Positions 42,611 to 49,196 of a stretch of 64,000 bases of DNA are shown piece by piece. Under the pieces are notes generated by a model that was not told the origin of the DNA, did not search any database, and worked only from the letters and a program-made list of their open reading frames with translations. Location of the stretch: assembly GCA_045598585.1 (NCBI GenBank), contig JAZLMG010000063.1, positions 3,205-67,204 of the forward strand. The letters run 5' to 3'. Made by a program: the position numbers and the translations under genes. This DNA is from Kiritimatiellia bacterium. Its GTDB lineage: Bacteria > Verrucomicrobiota > Kiritimatiellia > RFP12 > UBA1067. Every line of letters starts with the position of its first letter. Position 1 is the stretch's first letter.

Positions 42611-43500
42611 AGAAGACTAAAGTCGAAAAGAGGCCTCGCAAACCAAAGGAGCTTGAAAATAAACCCGGGAAGTACGATCAACGTAATTCTCTAAACGATC
42701 TTGACGGAAGGAGTTGGTTGCTTGCGACGCGGAGTTTCTGGATGTCGGAAACATCTAAAGAGGATAAAGCGGCTTATGCGCATCCAGCACCTTTTATGGT
42801 GAAAGACATAGAACGACTTATCAGTATGTTTACAAAAAGGGGTATGACGGTCCTTGATCCGTTTGTGGGGAGCGGTACCACAATGCTTGCCGCAACCAAC
42901 TTGGGCAGGCGCAGCATTGGAATTGATCTGAATCCTGAATACAAGGAAATTTTCCTTCGTCGAGTGGAAGGATTGAATTTAGTGTCTGGAACGGAATATA
43001 AGGTAGGGGATTCTCTGTCTGAGCTTGACCACGTAGGAGAGGTTGACTATGTTGTCACATCGCCACCTTATCATAACATTCTAAGGAACGATTCGAAGGG
43101 TACGAGGAATAAAAATGGTAAAGCGTACAGAATGTCGGCGCGTGATGGTGTTGAGTTCTATAGTGAGAGTATTAACGACTTGGGGAACTTTGATAAATAC
43201 ACAGATTTTTTGTGCGCGTTGAAAGCCATAATGATGAAGGTATATCGGTGTTTGAAATGCAAGCGGTATGCAACAATTGTCATCAGCGATTTCACAATTA
43301 ACAAGAAGGAAGTATGTGTGCAGGCTGATATTGTTAGAATGATGCAAGAAATCGGGTTTGAATTTAGTGGAACGACGGTTTTGCTCCAAAATGTCAAGCC
43401 GTTGTATCCGTTTGGATATCCATACGCGTATAAGATCAATCATCATCACCAAAACATAATTACTTTCAGAAAAGTGATAGATGGAAATAAGATTGTATAA
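42607..43500 (+). CDS. 297-aa N4-cytosine/N6-adenine DNA methyltransferase (SPPY type)
   Basis: AHPAPF...VLDPFVGSGTT...GIDLNP, then VVTSPPYHN (nt 43060-43071). ATGA start/stop overlap with the 814-aa gene. Confidence 0.85.
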   Translation: MKKTKVEKRPRKPKELENKPGKYDQRNSLNDLDGRSWLLATRSFWMSETSKEDKAAYAHPAPFMVKDIERLISMFTKRGMTVLDPFVGSGTTMLAATNLGRRSIGIDLNPEYKEIFLRRVEGLNLVSGTEYKVGDSLSELDHVGEVDYVVTSPPYHNILRNDSKGTRNKNGKAYRMSARDGVEFYSESINDLGNFDKYTDFLCALKAIMMKVYRCLKCKRYATIVISDFTINKKEVCVQADIVRMMQEIGFEFSGTTVLLQNVKPLYPFGYPYAYKINHHHQNIITFRKVIDGNKIV

Positions 43501-43512
43501 AAAGGTCTGAAC

Positions 43513-44304
43513 ATGCGATGTAAGGCTATAGATCAGTTTGTATCCGAAGTGATAGGCGTCATTGAGGCAGAACAAAAGAATCATCCGGAGGATGGCGCGG
43601 AGTTCTTTTTCCGTGGTGAGAGTTGTAATTATAGGCACCGTGGGGATCCTATGGCAGAGCTGGATGCTCAAATCCCCTGCTATGTAGATCGCGAAGAGGT
43701 ATGGCGTAAAAACGAACGCGAACTCTATCATGAGGCGCTGCGGCTGAATGTTGCATCGTTTCATGAGGATCGAACGATGGTAGAACGTATCTCGCGGATG
43801 CAGCACTATGGTCTTCCGACGCGTTTTGCGGACGCATCAACGAGCGCATTTGTAGCATTGCACTTTGCGCTTGGTGGAGGCAATCTTGATGTCGCAGGAC
43901 GCATGAAAGATTCTGAGGATGGCTTTGTGCGTGTGATGAAAGTCGCCAAGCGTAAGATGAAGACTTTTACCAGCGACATTATAACAGCGATTGCGCACTT
44001 GCCGCTTGTGAAGCAGGGAGATGTCAATCCGAGTGTCGTCAATGGATTGGAAGTCTTGCGTTATGAAGTTACAAACGAGCGCCCCGGTTTTTCGATGAAT
44101 ATTCGGCAGGATGATTCGGCTAAGTTGAAGGAGCTAGAAACGCAACTTCGCAAAGAGATTCAGCAAGTATGGGCCTTTAAGCCTATTTGGAATACGCCGC
44201 GAATTCGCAATCAGAGCGGACTTGCTGGATGCCGGCTTTATCAGCGCTATACACTCTTCGTATTCCTTGATAATACGCGGCAATTCCGCAACGAAATAGG
44301 TTGA
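43513..44304 (+). CDS. FRG-domain protein with the C-terminus replaced by junction sequence
   Basis: FFFRGES...MQHYGLPTRFADASTSAFVALHFAL matches the FRG-domain signature (FRGq...aQHyGlPTrlLDwT). Sensible sequence ends near IRNQSGLA (~44224), where it meets the IS remnant on the opposite strand. Confidence 0.65.
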   Translation: MRCKAIDQFVSEVIGVIEAEQKNHPEDGAEFFFRGESCNYRHRGDPMAELDAQIPCYVDREEVWRKNERELYHEALRLNVASFHEDRTMVERISRMQHYGLPTRFADASTSAFVALHFALGGGNLDVAGRMKDSEDGFVRVMKVAKRKMKTFTSDIITAIAHLPLVKQGDVNPSVVNGLEVLRYEVTNERPGFSMNIRQDDSAKLKELETQLRKEIQQVWAFKPIWNTPRIRNQSGLAGCRLYQRYTLFVFLDNTRQFRNEIG

Positions 44305-44559
44305 ACAAGGGCATCCTACCGATACCCATAGCTTACGCGCGTTCTCGAGATCTTCGTCCGAGTAAGTCTTTCCTCTGCCTTTTCTTTCTCGATAACGGAT
44401 ATTCCCGGTCATAAGTTTGATGACATACTTCCTGGTGAAGTCCAAAGTCTCGCAAACTTCATTGAGAATGCGAGTTCGTTTTGCTGTAGACGATACGGCG
44501 TAAGCACGACGTTTTTCGGCTACATATTCGGCGATTGATTTTCTTGACATTGTGCACAT
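44256..44559 (-). mobile_element. IS remnant: N-terminal HTH part (~100 aa) of a DDE (rve-type) transposase; the catalytic domain is missing
   Basis: MSRKSIAEYVAEKRRAYAVSSTAKRTRILNEVCETLDFTRKYVIKLM...RKGRGKTYSDEDLENARKLWVSVGCPCSTYFVAELP follows the usual HTH - RGRP-xY - C(G)KRL pattern of such transposases. No DDE region follows. GTGCAC-containing repeats lie at 44553-44640. Confidence 0.55.
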
Positions 44560-44702
44560 GCTCCTATTTTACCACGGTGCACAGTATTTGACGAATGGGT
44601 ATCATCAAAAAAGTGCATCTTGCAATTTCGGGTGCACACTATTATAACGAATCGCGACATTAACCTTTTACGAGCGACTATCTTCTCAATCTGCCGAAAA
44701 TA

Positions 44703-44711
44703 TGATACAAT
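44703..44711 (+). promoter_or_regulatory. extended -10-like box (TGATACAAT) upstream of the small ORF / DUF4145 pair
   Basis: TGATACAAT lies 23 nt before the ATG at 44735; GGAGGTG lies between them. Confidence 0.4.
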
Positions 44712-44734
44712 GATATTGGAGGTGTTTTTTAAGT

Positions 44735-44842
44735 ATGAATGGAAGAACAGAGAATCTCAGATTGAGTAATCTGAAGCGTTCGAGTTCCGAATTCGACGAA
44801 CGCTACGCCGAAGTCAGCAAACACAAAAAACATTTGCACTAA
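44735..44842 (+). CDS. 35-aa small ORF with a strong RBS (below the track cutoff)
   Basis: GGAGGTG lies 8 nt upstream. The product is MNGRTENLRLSNLKRSSSEFDERYAEVSKHKKHLH. It ends 33 nt before the DUF4145 gene, which has its own AAGGAG RBS. Confidence 0.3.
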   Translation: MNGRTENLRLSNLKRSSSEFDERYAEVSKHKKHLH

Positions 44843-44875
44843 GTTAATTAGGTGCGTATTAAAAGGAGAACGTAA

Positions 44876-45562
44876 ATGATACAAATTGATTTTGATTCCC
44901 ATACGTATATTTGTCCATTTTGTGGACATGCTCAGGCATTTGGAGGAAATTTTGGGGAAAGAAACATTGGGTTGTTCTATGATGCATATTCGATGAATCT
45001 TACAGCGGAGAACGGACGCTCATGTTTGACAGTTCGCTGGTTTACTTGCTCGAATCGCAACTGCGGGAGGACTTGCCTGTCGACGTTTAACCGACTAACT
45101 GGCGCGCAACAAGACATATATCCAACGGCAACATATAAGCATTATCCTAAATACATTCCATCGCAGATCAGATCCGACTATGAGGAGGCGTGTCAGATTA
45201 TTAGTATGAGCCCAAAGGCTGCAGCTACGCTTTTCCGCCGGTGTTTACAAGGAATGATTCGCGATTTTTGGGGCATTAAAAAATCGCGTCTTATTGATGA
45301 AATTGAAGCTCTTAAAGACAATATTCCGACTACACAATGGAAGGCTATTGATGCGTTGCGAAAGCTTGGTAATATTGGTGCTCATATGGAGAAGGACGTC
45401 GATGTGATTATAGATATTGATAAGGGAGAGGCAGAACGTTTGCTACAGTTAATAGAAATTCTAATTGAGAAATGGTATATTGCTCGACATGATGAGGAAT
45501 CGCTTTATCAAGCAATAACCGGTGTTGCAGAAGACAAAGTAAAAGTTCGTAAGAAAGATTGA
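44876..45562 (+). CDS. Zn-ribbon + DUF4145 (HEPN-like) domain protein
   Basis: N-terminal CPFCGH ... CSNRNCG. The C-terminal part reads DYEEACQIISMSPKAAATLFRRCLQGMIRD ... ALRKLGNIGAH, matching the DUF4145 pattern including R..GN...H. Confidence 0.7.
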   Translation: MIQIDFDSHTYICPFCGHAQAFGGNFGERNIGLFYDAYSMNLTAENGRSCLTVRWFTCSNRNCGRTCLSTFNRLTGAQQDIYPTATYKHYPKYIPSQIRSDYEEACQIISMSPKAAATLFRRCLQGMIRDFWGIKKSRLIDEIEALKDNIPTTQWKAIDALRKLGNIGAHMEKDVDVIIDIDKGEAERLLQLIEILIEKWYIARHDEESLYQAITGVAEDKVKVRKKD

Positions 45563-45785
45563 TTAAGGCTCAACACTAAGCATGCTCTAAATGCTTGATT
45601 CATGATTAGCTATGCGGTATGTGTTGCATCATAAATGCGCGCAAAAGGGTATAAATGGGCGCAAGCATTACGATAGCTTAGATACCTGAATGTGTTGCGA
45701 CCTGAAGATGACGCCTGTTTATTGGCAAAGGCCGAAAGTGTCTCTATCCAATGATATTAGGAGTGTTTATATTTCAAAGCGAATA

Positions 45786-45794
45786 TGGTATAAT
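45786..45794 (+). promoter_or_regulatory. locus-specific promoter copy E (TGGTATAATATAAG)
   Basis: It shares GGTATAATATAAG with copy C. A GAAGG RBS and the ATG at 45815 follow. Confidence 0.45.
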
Positions 45795-45814
45795 ATAAGT
45801 CAGTGAAGGTTGTT

Positions 45815-46924
45815 ATGGCTAATAAAATTTCGCGAAGAGAATTTGTTTCTTCTATTGTTGCACTCGGCATTATGCCGAATGTGTTGGCGTGTGTAGACGG
45901 AGACGGTCGTGCTGTCCTTAATGGTGTTGCGCGTAAGAAACGCTCATTGGGACAGTATTTTACTGAAGGTTCTTGCTGGCTTCAGCCTCAAGTAGCGGAC
46001 TTTATTCGTAATTCGAAATGTCATATAGCCTATGATCCATTTGCTGGTAGTGGAAGTCTTTTTAGTCCTGTCACAAATTCCATTGCGAGCGTAACCGAAG
46101 TTGAGGGATTGGATATTGATCCAACTTTGGGATGGCCTGTTAACGATTCTCTTATTGGCATACCGCATAAAGAAGGGTCGATAATTATAACCAATCCACC
46201 TTATATTTCTAACTTTTCAGCCTCAAGAAAACGGATAGGAGATGATTTAAAGAAATATTTTGATTTAACTTGCTACGATGATGTCTATCTGCTCGCACTT
46301 CAACGAATGTTAGAGGCGCAATCTTATGTCGTTGCCATTATTCCTGAAACATTTATTAATTCACCGTTCAGGGATAAGCAACTCCTGCGCTCGATTACAA
46401 TATTGGAAGAGAATCCTTTCTTGGATACTGATACTCCTGTTGTGGTTGTTTGTTTTGATTCCATCCCCAAGTCGTATAAAGACATAAGCATTTACAAAGG
46501 ATATGAATACGCATGCTCTTTGCAAGATGTCGAGGATTGTCGACTGGTGCCTGAAAATATAGTGCGTATGAAATTTAATGAGCCTACAGGTTGGCTTGGC
46601 GTGAGATGTGTAGACTCGACTAATCCAAATAATAAGTTGCATTTTGATTTTAAAGAAAATATCGATTATGATTGGGATAAGGGTATAAAGGCGTCGTCCC
46701 GTTTGATGACGCTCGTTTCTATAGATATCCCTTGTGATAAAAGGCAAGTTTTTATCGACGAGTGCAATCAAGAGCTAGAGCAAATTAGAGAAAAATCTCA
46801 CGATATAATGTTGAGTCCGTTTAAAGGCAATATGAAAAACGGGGTGCGTCGTCGCAGATTAGATTTTCAAACTTGTCGAGCAATTATTGAACGAGCATAC
46901 AAGGTGACAGTCTCTACATATTAA
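45815..46924 (+). CDS. gamma-class N6-adenine DNA methyltransferase (NPPY) with an anomalous Tat/lipobox-like N-terminus
   Basis: GQYFTE, motif I YDPFAGSGSL, and motif IV IIITNPPY (nt 46193-46204). The N-terminus is MANKISRREFVSSIVALGIMPNVLAC. The track ORF starts at the GTG at 45803. Confidence 0.8.
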   Translation: MANKISRREFVSSIVALGIMPNVLACVDGDGRAVLNGVARKKRSLGQYFTEGSCWLQPQVADFIRNSKCHIAYDPFAGSGSLFSPVTNSIASVTEVEGLDIDPTLGWPVNDSLIGIPHKEGSIIITNPPYISNFSASRKRIGDDLKKYFDLTCYDDVYLLALQRMLEAQSYVVAIIPETFINSPFRDKQLLRSITILEENPFLDTDTPVVVVCFDSIPKSYKDISIYKGYEYACSLQDVEDCRLVPENIVRMKFNEPTGWLGVRCVDSTNPNNKLHFDFKENIDYDWDKGIKASSRLMTLVSIDIPCDKRQVFIDECNQELEQIREKSHDIMLSPFKGNMKNGVRRRRLDFQTCRAIIERAYKVTVSTY

Positions 46925-46970
46925 TTATGAGGAAATGATTAATTAGTTTTGGATCTTCGGAGGGAAGGCC

Positions 46971-48005
46971 ATGACAAATCTAGAGCTTTTTAAATATTCT
47001 GGTAAAAATCCTGAACCGTTGATAGATAAAGCTTATGTTCGTGATGAAGAATGCATTATTCCTATATCGCTATCAATAAAAGACTCTTCAGCAAAATCTT
47101 TGTTAGTTGAGAAGAATACTCGTCTTATACAGTTGATATCAACCTTTTGTTATTTAAGGGAGAAAGGTCGAGAGGATGATTGTATTGAAGTTCACGATTT
47201 GATTAGCGAGGTTATTGAAATTCTTACTAAAATAGAAAATATTAATCTTTCGCCATTTTCTCAGTTTTTCTTAGTGTATGATACGACTTATGATTCGTTT
47301 CTTGAGTATAGTCTTGAGGAGCAGAAGAATTTCATTCGTAAAATACTTTGCGCCTATTGTGATAAAAGGCATTCAATATATTTATCGCATGGATATACTA
47401 ATACGATTCTTCAGGTTGTTAAAGATAGCTATTCTCATAAAGGTAATTCAACGGCGGGTATTGATAAAGTAAAAAAGATATTAAATAATAATGGATTTCG
47501 CTATAAGGAAAAGGTTGACGATATAGGCGATAAATATTATTTCTTTCCGGATAAAGGCGGTTCGAATTTGTTTTCTAAATTTGTTAAAGAGCATAAACTC
47601 AAAGCCAAGTTTGTTAGTAGCAGGCAGGGGAAGCTTCCTGATATAGTATTGCGATATAAAGACGAATATTACATTATTGAGTTGAAGCATATTAAATCTT
47701 CGGGAGGAGGACAAGATAAACAATTGAGCGAAATAATTGATTTTGTTGGTTCTTTTGAGGATGATAATTCCAAAGTGCATTTCGTCTCGTATCTAGATGG
47801 CCTATATTCAAATAAATTACACAATAATGATTTATGGTACAAAAAGAAGGCGCCTGACAAGTTGAGCAAAATTGGGAAGCAGTACGATTCAATAAAGAAG
47901 AACCTTGAAAAGAACAAAGGCAATTATTTCCTTAATACTAAAGGTCTTGAAAAATTCATGAGATTGCTAGTCGAAGGAAAGTTGGAGGAAAGTGCCAGTG
48001 AATAA
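46971..48005 (+). CDS. PD-(D/E)xK restriction endonuclease-like protein, paralog 1
   Basis: KLPDIVLRYKDEYYIIELKHIKSSGGGQDKQ gives a PD-x12-ExK motif. It aligns along its whole length with the next gene. Confidence 0.6.
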   Translation: MTNLELFKYSGKNPEPLIDKAYVRDEECIIPISLSIKDSSAKSLLVEKNTRLIQLISTFCYLREKGREDDCIEVHDLISEVIEILTKIENINLSPFSQFFLVYDTTYDSFLEYSLEEQKNFIRKILCAYCDKRHSIYLSHGYTNTILQVVKDSYSHKGNSTAGIDKVKKILNNNGFRYKEKVDDIGDKYYFFPDKGGSNLFSKFVKEHKLKAKFVSSRQGKLPDIVLRYKDEYYIIELKHIKSSGGGQDKQLSEIIDFVGSFEDDNSKVHFVSYLDGLYSNKLHNNDLWYKKKAPDKLSKIGKQYDSIKKNLEKNKGNYFLNTKGLEKFMRLLVEGKLEESASE

Positions 48006-48963
48006 TATAGATTTGTTTTTGTATTCCGGAGAACACCCCGAGCCGATTATCGATCCATACTATAATCGTGAGAAGGTTGTTATTCCTCTTTCTGCATTCC
48101 AAACAAATGAGTTAGTTGAGAAAAATGCTAGATTGATTCAGTTAATTACTGTTTTCTCTTACTTTATTGGAGAAGGCAAGACACTGTCCAATCCTGATAT
48201 GCACGGTTTAATCGATGAGGTAATAAAAATCTTAAAGGAGACGGAAGGCATAAACTTATCTCCTTTTTCTCAATTCTTTATGGTCTATAACTCCACCTAT
48301 GGTTCGTTTCTGACATATGGATATAAGGAGCAGCGCCAGTTTATTTACGAGATGCTTCATCTTTATGTAAAAGAACGGCACAGTATGTATCTAAGTCATG
48401 GATATTCTAACAGCACACTTCAAGTTGTTTGTGACAATTATTCGCATAAGAGAAATTCTAAGACTACTATTATAAAAATCTGTGATCTTCTTAATGGTGT
48501 TGGGTTTATCCATGATAGTGATGGAGTAGGACTCTTATCTAAAAATTATTATTTTTTACCCGACAAAGGTGATAAGAAAGCATTTGATTTATTTAAGCAA
48601 CAGCATGGTGTTGTTATGGAGTCCGCTAAGCATGAGCAGAACAAATTGCCTGATATGGTTCTAGTTGATAATGATGAGTGCTATGTTATAGAAATGAAGA
48701 GTATGAAAGGCGTTGGTGGTGGACAAGACAAACAGCTGACAGAGGTTATTAACTTCATTCGATATTCTGAAGCTGATCAACATGTGCATTATGTAGTTTT
48801 TCTTGACGGAGAGTATTCAAATATTCTACATGCTGCTATCAAGCAACCTAAAGTTGAGTGCCAATATAAAGATATAATTTCTTGTCTTCAAATGAATCCT
48901 GGAAATTACTTTCTTAACTCCTCTGGATTTAGTAAGTTTATACACGAGCGATTAAATGTATAA
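47992..48963 (+). CDS. PD-(D/E)xK restriction endonuclease-like protein, paralog 2
   Basis: KLPDMVLVDNDECYVIEMKSMKGVGGGQDKQ. It shares blocks with paralog 1 (EKNxRLIQLI, INLSPFSQFF, YLSHGY, LQVVxDxYSHK, YYFxPDKG). The GTG start has a GGAGGA RBS and overlaps paralog 1 by 14 nt. Confidence 0.6.
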   Translation: MPVNNIDLFLYSGEHPEPIIDPYYNREKVVIPLSAFQTNELVEKNARLIQLITVFSYFIGEGKTLSNPDMHGLIDEVIKILKETEGINLSPFSQFFMVYNSTYGSFLTYGYKEQRQFIYEMLHLYVKERHSMYLSHGYSNSTLQVVCDNYSHKRNSKTTIIKICDLLNGVGFIHDSDGVGLLSKNYYFLPDKGDKKAFDLFKQQHGVVMESAKHEQNKLPDMVLVDNDECYVIEMKSMKGVGGGQDKQLTEVINFIRYSEADQHVHYVVFLDGEYSNILHAAIKQPKVECQYKDIISCLQMNPGNYFLNSSGFSKFIHERLNV

Positions 48964-49004
48964 AGATTTTTCTCCTTTTTTTACGTTTTGCTATGGTCTA
49001 ATAG

Positions 49005-49099
49005 TCCGAAATTTGGTATAATATAAGCATAAGATGAGGAAGACGATAGAGATTTATCGCCAATTGACACGGTGCAGATTTGCACTCCGTGGAGCGGGA
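49005..49099 (+). promoter_or_regulatory. promoter + conserved leader module, copy C (upstream of the 724-aa gene)
   Basis: TCCGAAATTTGGTATAATA; ATGAGGAAGACGATA at 49034; hairpin GGTGCA(49071-76)/TGCAC-t-CC(49081-88); then CGTGGAGCGGGA. Confidence 0.55.
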
Positions 49100-49196
49100 G
49101 CTTTGAAGTGCCGTGGGGATTTGCTACAGGGCTCTAGTATGATGACGCATATTTATTACTTATTCTGAAGATAAGGATTTTAAATATAACACGGGG

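Noticed and set aside
44729-44929. 66-aa minus-strand ORF overlapping the small ORF and the start of the DUF4145 gene.
   Set aside because: It has no RBS and is antisense to two plus-strand ORFs that both have strong Shine-Dalgarno sequences.
39162-49099. Whether the repeated ~20-95-nt modules could be a CRISPR array.
   Set aside because: The copies are 0.4 to 9 kb apart, are not regularly spaced, contain -10 promoter boxes, and are followed by genes. No cas genes are present.
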